Below, piece by piece: positions 1 to 7,970 of a stretch of DNA of 63,600 nt. The DNA is taken from positions 1-63,600 of the forward strand of contig JAZUPL010000035.1 in the NCBI GenBank assembly GCA_045605175.1. Reading direction: 5' to 3'. The position numbers and the translations under genes were made by a program. Positions within the stretch are counted from its first letter, which is position 1. Each line of letters starts with the position of its first letter. Source of the stretch: Eubacteriales bacterium. Lineage in GTDB: Bacteria > Bacillota > Clostridia > Oscillospirales > CAG-272. The notes under the pieces were generated by a model that was given only the letters and a program-made list of their open reading frames with translations, did not search any database and had not been told where the DNA came from.

Positions 1-153
1 AAACGGCGATAGAATAAAAACACCATAAAATGAAGAAAACCGGTGGTTTTCAACCTTAATTTTCTTCAAACTTGTAAAAAACACAACCGAGGTGCTGCGT
101 AATACAACACCTCGGTGTTTTTATTCGGTTATGCCTAAATGAAGTAGCCCCTT
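1..153. repeat. Copy 1 of a repeated intergenic element (left end cut by the window edge); second copy at 37117-37269
   Basis: Positions 1-153 match 37117-37269 colinearly without gaps, with 4 substitutions (positions 27, 54, 71, 145). The element contains two hairpins. Confidence 0.9.
82..124. terminator. Bidirectional intrinsic terminator; ends smpB on the minus strand
   Basis: 8-bp GC-rich stem ccgaggtg(87-94)/cacctcgg(108-115), with an A-run upstream and a T-run downstream. Confidence 0.7.
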
Positions 154-157
154 TTGA

Positions 158-625
158 TTAGTATTTTTCTTTCATAGCCCGTTCCATATCACGGTTAGCA
201 TCGCGTCTTGCAATATCCTCGCGCTTGTCGTAGAGTTTTTTACCCTTGCAAAGGCCGATAGCCATCTTAACCCGCGAGCCCTTAAAATAGAGCGAGAGAG
301 GTACTAATGTATAACCCTCGCGGGATACAAGACCTGTCAGTTTCATAATCTCGCTTTTGTGAAGCAAAAGTCGCTTGGGGCGTAGGGGGTCTTTGTTGAA
401 AATGTTGCCCTGTTCGTAGGGGCTTATATGAATACCGAGGGCAAACATTTCTCCGCCGTCTATCTCGCAATAGGAGTCCTTCATATTGACGGTGCCTGCA
501 CGCAGGGATTTTACCTCGGTGCCAAACAGTTCTATACCCGCCTCGTAGGTTTCGATAACGAAATAATCGTGCCTTGCCTTTCTGTTCTCGGCTATGACTC
601 TTGTTCCTTTATTCTTTTCTGCCAT
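158..625 (-). CDS. smpB: SsrA-binding protein SmpB
   Basis: Full-length SmpB-like sequence (KARHDYF..., [15 protein letters not shown]). I moved the start to the Met preceded by GGAG (ATGGAGTACGGTATG) rather than the ORF-track start at 637. Confidence 0.93.
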   Translation of the reverse strand: MAEKNKGTRVIAENRKARHDYFVIETYEAGIELFGTEVKSLRAGTVNMKDSYCEIDGGEMFALGIHISPYEQGNIFNKDPLRPKRLLLHKSEIMKLTGLVSREGYTLVPLSLYFKGSRVKMAIGLCKGKKLYDKREDIARRDANRDMERAMKEKY

Positions 626-679
626 ACCGTACTCCATAATAATTCAGTAGATATATTTTAGCATAAAAGAATAATAAAA

Positions 680-1291
680 TCAACTATTTTTTGTCAATTG
701 ATTGGCTATCCTGCTTACTATTTCGATAAGTCGGAATTTTATAGAATAGCCTCGGCTTTCAATAAGAGTCAATTCCTCTTTGGTGTAGTCTATAATTCCG
801 TCGTCGGCAGGTGCTTTTTCTGTGGCGAGGTCAAGACACAGGGGTGGATACATCACGCACCACCAGTTTTTTCCCTTTGCTTCACCGAGTGTAATCTGCA
901 TTGAGTAATAGTAGCCACAGGGAAGGGAAAAGTCCTCATACTCTCTTGTGTCATACCACTCCTCGGTTATTTTCACTTGTGAGGTGTAGTCATAGCCCTC
1001 CTCGGCTATCCACCTGTCCACGTCCTCTTTAATATTTCCGCTTAAAGTCTTGCCGAGGGCAATAGCCCCATCAATGCTTTTGCTCGTCTTTAATCTCTCG
1101 CCGTACTTATTTAGCACCTTGTCCCTGATTAAAAGTTTTAGCGTCTGGTCCTCCTCGCTATCCGAGTTTGCGAGGATATGTAGGCGCAGAGTGTCCTCAT
1201 AAATAGCCGCATCGCCGTCGTTAGGTACTGCCGCCATAACAAAAAGACAAAGAGCGATAACAGTAAGAGTGCTTAAAAAATCCTTTATCAT
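680..1291 (-). CDS. spoIIR: Stage II sporulation protein R (SpoIIR)
   Basis: N-terminal signal/TM segment, then LRLHILANSDSEEDQTLKLLIRDKVL and the WWCVMYPPLC motifs typical of SpoIIR. Confidence 0.85.
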   Translation of the reverse strand: MIKDFLSTLTVIALCLFVMAAVPNDGDAAIYEDTLRLHILANSDSEEDQTLKLLIRDKVLNKYGERLKTSKSIDGAIALGKTLSGNIKEDVDRWIAEEGYDYTSQVKITEEWYDTREYEDFSLPCGYYYSMQITLGEAKGKNWWCVMYPPLCLDLATEKAPADDGIIDYTKEELTLIESRGYSIKFRLIEIVSRIANQLTKNS

Positions 1292-1491
1292 TTCCTTATA
1301 TCTCCTTTCGGGAGAAGTATTGACGGGTAGAGGGAAAATTATTCAAACAAAAATAATTTCTCTATTGAGTGCATAATTTTCCTTTTTAGAAAGGAAGGAA
1401 TTCTCTTACCGAAGCAAGAATTTCAATCAAAAGGTATATTGAAGATAACAAAAGAGTATAATATAAAAAAAGAGAAAAAGGAATTTGAATA

Positions 1492-1962
1492 ATGAAGATA
1501 AACTACAAAACGCTTATAATAAGCATAGCAATACCGCTTGCAGTCGGTGGACTTTCCGCCCTTTTGACAATGGGAAGTATGGAGCATTTTTCAAAACTTG
1601 AGCAACCGCCCCTATCCCCTCCTGGTTGGCTTTTCCCCGTGGTGTGGACTATTCTCTTTACCCTTATGGGCATAGCGTCCTATCTTGTGGTGATGAGCAA
1701 CGCCACCCTTGAGGATAAGGCAAAGGCGCTCAAATACTACGGACTACAACTGGTGTTCAACTTCTTTTGGAGCATTTTGTTCTTCAACTTTGACCTCTAC
1801 TATTTCTCCTTCGTTTGGATACTCGTCCTCCTCGCCCTTATCCTTGTCACAATGACTCTGTTTTATAGAATTGACAAAAGGACGCTGTTTCTACTCTTGC
1901 CCTATGCACTGTGGGTGGCGTTTGCATCCTATCTCAATATCGGAATTGCGATACTGAATTGA
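1492..1962 (+). CDS. tspO: TspO/MBR family tryptophan-rich sensory protein
   Basis: Five-TM, 156-aa protein carrying PPGWLFPVVWTILFTLMG and the W/Y-rich helices typical of TspO. Confidence 0.85.
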   Translation: MKINYKTLIISIAIPLAVGGLSALLTMGSMEHFSKLEQPPLSPPGWLFPVVWTILFTLMGIASYLVVMSNATLEDKAKALKYYGLQLVFNFFWSILFFNFDLYYFSFVWILVLLALILVTMTLFYRIDKRTLFLLLPYALWVAFASYLNIGIAILN

Positions 1963-2240
1963 TAGTGATTGAGTTGTTAGCGAAAGTGAAATTGCAAAAA
2001 ATATCCTTTGATAATCTCACGGTGTTTAACGAGGTTGCGAGCAAAACCAACCTTTCTCCAACCTTCCCCTCTGGGAAGCGAAGCGTCCTGAGAGTGTTAG
2101 AAAACGGTTGATAACTGTTTTCCCTCGAAGGTGACCGAGCCGCAGCGAGACGGGGGACCAGAAAGTGGTGGATGAGGTTTTCCCCTCGCATTTTCACTAT
2201 GCCGTTTTACTTACAAACTCGTAATTTTATGTATAAAACA

Positions 2241-2275
2241 GCCTCTTTCGGTAGAGTTTTTCTACTAAAAGAGGC
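2241..2275. repeat. Hairpin repeat copy 1 (gcctctttcggtagagtttttctactaaaagaggc); terminator-like, abuts the XRE gene 3' end
   Basis: Nested stem GCCTCTTT/AAAGAGGC with inner GTAG/CTAC. A near-identical direct copy lies at 3214-3247. Confidence 0.8.
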
Positions 2276-2286
2276 GTTTATATTCG

Positions 2287-2529
2287 TTATTCTACTTCAA
2301 GATTTTCAAAAAGGAAGATATCATCATTTAGAAACTCTATTACAGTCATACCAAAACCGTTTGCAAGCATCATTGCAGTTGATAATGTAACGGTTTTGCT
2401 TTTGCCACTCATAATCCACTGCATGTGTCCGTGCTGTATCCCCGATTGTTGCTCTAAACGATACTGCGTCATTTTCTTTTCTCTAAGCAACTGGGTTATT
2501 CTTTTAGCAACAGCATCATTTACAGTCAT
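2287..2529 (-). CDS. XRE-family helix-turn-helix transcriptional regulator
   Basis: 80 aa with an HTH_3-like segment (ITQLLREKKMTQYRLEQQSGI...). A GGAGG RBS lies upstream. Confidence 0.85.
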   Translation of the reverse strand: MTVNDAVAKRITQLLREKKMTQYRLEQQSGIQHGHMQWIMSGKSKTVTLSTAMMLANGFGMTVIEFLNDDIFLFENLEVE

Positions 2530-2601
2530 AATGCACCTCCGAAAGAATACATACGGAAGAAAACTTCCATAAATATTATATTCTTTTTAATTGCAAAATA
2601 T

Positions 2602-2670
2602 AAGAATGTATACTTCCTTATGGATTGCATTCTTTAATCAAATATGCTATAATTATGAATGTATACTTTC
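2602..2670. promoter_or_regulatory. Divergent control region: two direct operator-like sites plus the promoter of the SLOG gene
   Basis: aagaatgtatacttcc (2602-2617) and atgaatgtatactttc (2655-2670) lie 53 bp apart. TTGCAT(2625-2630)-17-TGcTATAAT(2648-2653) sits between them, and site 2 lies over the predicted transcription start. Confidence 0.55.
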
Positions 2671-2689
2671 ATAAAAAGGATAAAACAGT

Positions 2690-3151
2690 ATGATTATTAC
2701 TTTTTGCGGACATTCAAATTTTAGTGTTGAACAAGGCGACGAAAGACGATTATTAACGCTTTTAGAAGAAATATCAAAAGGGCATCAAATCGACTTTTAT
2801 TTTGGTGGCTATGGAAACTTTGATTACTTTGCTAAAGACTGTGCAAAGAAATTCAAGGAAAACCACCATGACGCAAGGATAATTTTCATTACACCCTATT
2901 TGAACAAATGGCTTGAGGATAGAAAAGATTATTTTGAAAAAGAATATGACGAAATAATTTACCCCGAAATTGAAAGAGTACCATTGAAGTTCGCGATATC
3001 AAAGCGTAATGAATGGATGGTAACTAAAGCCGATTATGTTATTGGCTATGTTTTCGCCCATTTTGGCGGAGCTTATAAAACCTTACTTTATGCACATAGG
3101 CATAAAAAACCTTATTTTAACTTGTACAACGGGAATTTCGATTTACACTAA
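2690..3151 (+). CDS. SLOG-fold protein, YpsA/DUF1273-like
   Basis: Layout matches YpsA-type SLOG proteins: ITFCGHS start, GGYGNFD glycine motif, IFITPY, and KRNEWMV...GGAY..LLYA. Confidence 0.6.
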   Translation: MIITFCGHSNFSVEQGDERRLLTLLEEISKGHQIDFYFGGYGNFDYFAKDCAKKFKENHHDARIIFITPYLNKWLEDRKDYFEKEYDEIIYPEIERVPLKFAISKRNEWMVTKADYVIGYVFAHFGGAYKTLLYAHRHKKPYFNLYNGNFDLH

Positions 3152-3213
3152 TATTATATTAAAATATAATTATTTTCAGAGTTGCAATTTTGACGTGTGG
3201 TTCTTGACAAAAA

Positions 3214-3257
3214 GCCTCTTTCGGTAGTTTTTTCTACCCAAAGAGGCTCTTTTTTTG
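3214..3257. terminator. Hairpin repeat copy 2 with T-run; bidirectional terminator for the SLOG gene (+) and the GH2 gene (-)
   Basis: gcctctttcggtagttttttctacccaaagaggc followed by tcttttttt, with aaaaa upstream. Confidence 0.8.
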
Positions 3258-3295
3258 TTTTATTTGTATTTAGGGAGGGAGAAAAGAAGACAGGC

Positions 3296-4984
3296 TTATA
3301 TCCCCCTAATCCTATCCATCAAATCCCTGATATCCTCGGGTTTAACCTTCAACACCTCTCGGTCATAGGTGAGAAGACCGTTTGTTTCGTCCTCCACGTC
3401 CGACACCTGGGTGTAAACGAAGGCAGAAGCACCTGCCTCGGCAAGTGGAAGCACCTGCTTTTCGTAAAGAGCATATAGTGCGTCCTTGAATTCTGTGAGG
3501 CTACCAAAGTCCTTGTAGCCGTAGTTTTTATCGCCAAAGAGATGCCCCTCGGCACGGTAGGAATAACCGCCAAACTCACTGATAACCAAGGGCCTCTCGT
3601 CCCTGTCCTTGACAACCAAATCCTTGAAGTATATATGCCTTGAATCCACGTCGCTTTTACTTCTTCTGAACCAGCCCGAGGTGGCGTCAATAATCCTCGA
3701 AGAGTCCTTGCTCTTTAATTTGTCGTACATCTCGTCGGCACAGAATTGTCCCCAGCCCTCGTTAAAAATAGTGTAGTAAACCACCGAGGGAGTGTTGTAA
3801 AGCAGGTCGGCTATACCGTACATTGTGCTTTCAAATATGGCACGGCTTTCGGGGTTTCGGTGGCGAAGGGTGTCGGGGAGTTTCTGCATACCAATTGTGG
3901 GCAGGGCAGTGTCGATAATAAATGAGTATTTGCCGTTGTTTACCATATCTTGAAATACGGCGATACCCTCCCTGTCGCACAGATAGTAGAAAATCATAGG
4001 CTCTACCTTAATATGCTTTCTTAACATATTAAATCCAAGCGACTTTACCGTGCGAATATCGTCGATATATCCGTCTATCGTGGCAGGCAAAAATAGTCCG
4101 TCAGGGAAATACCCCTGGTCAAGCAGACCGTTGAAAATATAGGGCTTTCCGTTTAGGCAGATTCGGTTTACACCGTCCACCTCTCTTATATCCACCGTCC
4201 TTATGGCGAAGTAACTCTCTATCTTGTCCTCGCCACTCTCAAGGGTAAAGTTGTATAGATAGGGACTTTCGGGAGTCCACTGCTGTGGGTTTGTAGGTCT
4301 TATCTCTACCTCATCAGAGCAAAACTCGTAAACCTCGCCGCCCTCAAAGGATATTTTCTTGTATTTCTCGCCACCGAATATCTTTATTTTCACCCCGTCA
4401 CAAAGAGGCTCAATGCGTATATTCGTAATAGCATTTGGGGGCAGGCTCTCAAGCCACACGGTCTGCCAGATTCCGCTGACGGGAGTGTACCACATTCCTC
4501 CGCGTTTTTTTGTCTGCTTTCCATAGGGATATTTTGTGTCAAGTTTGTCCTCGAACTCTACGCAAAGGGTGTTTTCGCCGCCCTCAATATACTCGGTAAT
4601 ATCAAAAGAGAAGGGAAGATAACCGCCCTCATGCTCGCCAACCTTTTTTCCTCCGACATACACCCGTGCAATCTGGTCAACAGCGCCAAAATGCAGAACA
4701 ACTCTGTCTTTAATAAAGCCATCGGGCAGGGTGAATTTTCGCTCATAACTGCACTCGGTGTAGCCCTCTATACTTATCCCGACACCTGACAAATGGCTCT
4801 CAGGGCAGAAGGGAACTAATATTTTGGTATTCACTTCTTCCATGCCCTTTCCGCCAAGGTGAAAATCCCATTCTCCGTTGAGGCAGAAATAACTCTCTCT
4901 CTTAAACTGCGGGCGAGGATAGTAGGAGTGAGGACAAGAAGTGTCTAACATATCTTTGTATTTTGTAATCAAGGTGTAGTTCAT
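3296..4984 (-). CDS. Glycoside hydrolase family 2 (beta-galactosidase/beta-glucuronidase-like)
   Basis: GH2 sugar-binding, Ig-like and TIM-barrel order. FNEGWGQ (acid/base NE) and ISEFGG (nucleophile E) motifs are present. Confidence 0.85.
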   Translation of the reverse strand: MNYTLITKYKDMLDTSCPHSYYPRPQFKRESYFCLNGEWDFHLGGKGMEEVNTKILVPFCPESHLSGVGISIEGYTECSYERKFTLPDGFIKDRVVLHFGAVDQIARVYVGGKKVGEHEGGYLPFSFDITEYIEGGENTLCVEFEDKLDTKYPYGKQTKKRGGMWYTPVSGIWQTVWLESLPPNAITNIRIEPLCDGVKIKIFGGEKYKKISFEGGEVYEFCSDEVEIRPTNPQQWTPESPYLYNFTLESGEDKIESYFAIRTVDIREVDGVNRICLNGKPYIFNGLLDQGYFPDGLFLPATIDGYIDDIRTVKSLGFNMLRKHIKVEPMIFYYLCDREGIAVFQDMVNNGKYSFIIDTALPTIGMQKLPDTLRHRNPESRAIFESTMYGIADLLYNTPSVVYYTIFNEGWGQFCADEMYDKLKSKDSSRIIDATSGWFRRSKSDVDSRHIYFKDLVVKDRDERPLVISEFGGYSYRAEGHLFGDKNYGYKDFGSLTEFKDALYALYEKQVLPLAEAGASAFVYTQVSDVEDETNGLLTYDREVLKVKPEDIRDLMDRIRGI

Positions 4985-5159
4985 AGCCTTCTCCTCGTTG
5001 TTTTATGACATTATTTTATCACCACTTATGCAAAAAAGCAACATAAAACCAAAGGAGCGAAAAAATAAATTAAAAAAATTCACAAATCTTTGTTTAGTTC
5101 TTGAAAAAATATAGTTTCTGTGTTAAAATATTGATATTATTTTTTGACCGAGGTTTTCT

Positions 5160-6647
5160 ATGTTTATTCAAGGATTCAATAACGAACAGTATCTGAAAAT
5201 GCAATCGCAAAGGATTAAGGAGAGAATATCACTCTTTGGTGAAAAACTCTATCTTGAATTTGGAGGTAAACTCTTTGATGACTTCCACGCATCGAGGGTG
5301 CTTCCCGGCTTTGCCCCCGACAGCAAAATCAAGATGCTTATCGAGATTAAGGACGAGGCAGAGATTATAATTGCTATCAATACTGCGGACATTGAAAAGA
5401 ACAAGGTACGCGGCGACCTCGGCATTACCTACGACCTTGACGTTCTTCGCCTTATTGACGCCTTTCGTGGATACGGACTTTACGTCGGCTCGGTAGTAAT
5501 GACCAGATTCAGGCCCAGCCCCGTGTCCGACGCGTTCAAGGCAAAACTTGAAAACCTCGGTATAAAGGTATATAAGCACTATGCAATAGACGGCTATCCG
5601 CACAACATTCCTCACATAGTTTCCGAGGAGGGCTTTGGCAAAAACGAGTATATAGAAACAACACGTCCTGTTGTGATAGTTACCGCCCCAGGCCCCGGCT
5701 CGGGAAAAATGGCCACCTGCCTCTCGCAGATATACCACGAGAGCAAAAAGGGCAAGAAGAGCGGATATGCCAAGTTTGAAACATTCCCAATTTGGAATCT
5801 AACGCTTAACCACCCCGTAAACCTTGCCTATGAGGCAGCAACTGCCGATTTGGCTGACGTAAATATGATAGATCCCTTTCATCTTGAGTCTTACGGGGTA
5901 ACTACCGTAAACTATAACCGAGATGTTGAGGTGTATCCTGTTTTGCGTGCGATGCTCCAGGAAATTCTCGGCGAATGTCCCTACAAGTCCCCCACCGATA
6001 TGGGTGTAAATATGGCAGGATTTTGCATTTATGACAATGATGCGGTTTCTGCCGCAGCAAAGCAGGAGATAATCCGCCGCTATTATGTGGCGCTTTGCAA
6101 TCTTCGTAAGGGAACGGGTAGCGAAACCGAGTGCGAAAAGATAGAGATGCTTATGCGCAGGCTTTCTTGTGATCCTGTGAGGGATAGGCCCTGCGTGTCC
6201 GCCGCTCTTAAAAAGGCCGAGGAAACAGGCAATCCTGCGGTAGCCATTGAACTTAACGATGGCAGAATTGTCACGGGCAAGACCTCTCCGCTGCTCGGTG
6301 CTTCGAGCGCCGCCCTACTAAACGCACTTAAGGCTATTGCGGGAATTGACAGCGGTGTGGATATTATATCTCCCGAAATTCTCGCCCCCATTCAGGTGTT
6401 AAAGACGCAAAACCTCGGCAACCATAACCCAAGACTTCACACCGACGAGGTGCTTATAGCCCTTGCCATTTCCGCTGCAAATAATCCCAAGGCGGCCGAG
6501 GCTATGCAGGCTATTCCGATGCTCAAATATGCAGAGGTGCATTCGACGGTCATACTCTCCCAGGTTGACGCTGGCACATTCCGTAAACTTGGAGTAAATC
6601 TATCCTGCGAGCCAAGATACCAAACCAAGAAGCTTTTCCATAAATAA
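5160..6647 (+). CDS. UPF0371 / DUF1846 family protein
   Basis: N-terminus FNNEQYLKMQSQRIKERI...KLYLEFGGKLFDDFHASRVLPGF is characteristic of DUF1846. Confidence 0.85.
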   Translation: MFIQGFNNEQYLKMQSQRIKERISLFGEKLYLEFGGKLFDDFHASRVLPGFAPDSKIKMLIEIKDEAEIIIAINTADIEKNKVRGDLGITYDLDVLRLIDAFRGYGLYVGSVVMTRFRPSPVSDAFKAKLENLGIKVYKHYAIDGYPHNIPHIVSEEGFGKNEYIETTRPVVIVTAPGPGSGKMATCLSQIYHESKKGKKSGYAKFETFPIWNLTLNHPVNLAYEAATADLADVNMIDPFHLESYGVTTVNYNRDVEVYPVLRAMLQEILGECPYKSPTDMGVNMAGFCIYDNDAVSAAAKQEIIRRYYVALCNLRKGTGSETECEKIEMLMRRLSCDPVRDRPCVSAALKKAEETGNPAVAIELNDGRIVTGKTSPLLGASSAALLNALKAIAGIDSGVDIISPEILAPIQVLKTQNLGNHNPRLHTDEVLIALAISAANNPKAAEAMQAIPMLKYAEVHSTVILSQVDAGTFRKLGVNLSCEPRYQTKKLFHK

Positions 6648-6839
6648 TCATTTTCACATAGAAACTTTTTGCATAAAGTCAATATAACAGGTAAAAGCCT
6701 TTCATAACCAATTTTAAGGGTGTCCTTTTTGGGATGCCCTTTTTTATTTGAAAAGGTTTTGCTTTTGTTGACAAGGGCAGGGGAGAAGTGGTAAAATAAA
6801 AAAAGAATTATTTTATAATAAACTTAAGAAGGATAAATC

Positions 6840-7970
6840 ATGAAGTTTTTACATATATCAGACCTTCATATAGGAAAAAGGTTAAACGACTTTTCGCTTA
6901 TAGAGGACCAAAAGTATATTTTAACTCAAATAATAGATGCGGTAAAACTTCAAAAGCCCGATGCTGTGCTAATAGCGGGTGACGTCTATGACAAAAGCAT
7001 TCCACCCACCGAGGCGGTGGAACTTTTCGACGAGTTTTTGGTGAGCCTCTCGGCTCTTAAAACCAAGGTGCTCCTGATAAGCGGAAACCACGATTCGGCC
7101 GAGCGACTTGCCTTTGGCTCTCGCCTTATGGAGCAGAGTGGAATTTATATCTCCCCCGTGTATTGCGGTGTATGTGAGCCTCTCTCGCTCATTGACGAGT
7201 TTGGTGAATGCCGTATATATATGCTCCCCTTTGTCAAGCCTGCCACCGTACGCAGATTTTTCCCCGACCGTGAGATAGAAAGTTACACCGATGCCGTCAG
7301 GGTGGCAATAAAGAATATGAATATCGACGAGGGCAAAAGAAATATTCTCGTAGCCCACCAGTTTGTCACAGGGGCAGAAAGAAGCGAGTCCGAGGATGTG
7401 AGCGTCGGCGGACTTGATAACGTGGACGTGGGCGTGTTTGCCTCCTTTGACTATGTTGCTCTTGGACATATCCACAGACCGCAAAATTGTACCGAAACCG
7501 TCAGATACTGTGGCACACCGTTAAAATACTCATTCAGTGAGGCAGAACACAAAAAGAGCCTTACTATGTTGACTCTTGGCGAAAAAGGGGATATAAACAT
7601 AGAGGAAATACCCCTCATTCCCTTGCGTGATATGATATCTCTGTCGGGAAGTTATGATGAAATTATGTCCCGTGGCGTTTCTGACGACCGCCACAGAGAG
7701 TGCTTTGTCCGTGTGATATTGACAGACGAGGAGGAAATACCCGATGCCATGGCGGGATTAAGAACGGTTTATCCCAACATTATGGAACTTCGCTACGACA
7801 ACACACGCACGAGAAATATCGGTAAAGAAATGGGGGAAGTGGATATAAAAAATCGCTCACCCCTTGACCTCGTCAGCGAGTTTTACACTTTGAGAAACGG
7901 CAAGGATATGAGCGCGGAGCAGACGGCAATAGTCAAGAAATTGATAGAAGAGATTTGGGAGGCGGAGTAA
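6840..7970 (+). CDS. sbcD: Exonuclease SbcD (Mre11-type nuclease)
   Basis: Calcineurin-like motifs (HISDLHIG, AGDVYD, GNHD, GHIH). The stop overlaps the sbcC start (TAATG). Confidence 0.93.
   Translation: MKFLHISDLHIGKRLNDFSLIEDQKYILTQIIDAVKLQKPDAVLIAGDVYDKSIPPTEAVELFDEFLVSLSALKTKVLLISGNHDSAERLAFGSRLMEQSGIYISPVYCGVCEPLSLIDEFGECRIYMLPFVKPATVRRFFPDREIESYTDAVRVAIKNMNIDEGKRNILVAHQFVTGAERSESEDVSVGGLDNVDVGVFASFDYVALGHIHRPQNCTETVRYCGTPLKYSFSEAEHKKSLTMLTLGEKGDINIEEIPLIPLRDMISLSGSYDEIMSRGVSDDRHRECFVRVILTDEEEIPDAMAGLRTVYPNIMELRYDNTRTRNIGKEMGEVDIKNRSPLDLVSEFYTLRNGKDMSAEQTAIVKKLIEEIWEAE

Noticed and set aside
1-157. Possible tmRNA (ssrA) directly downstream of smpB; the minus strand starts GGGGCUACUUC...
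   Set aside because: There is no tRNA-like acceptor/T-arm (no GGUUCGAAUCC...CCA), and an intrinsic terminator follows after about 40 nt. The same sequence recurs downstream of yitT, so it is a repeat element, not ssrA.
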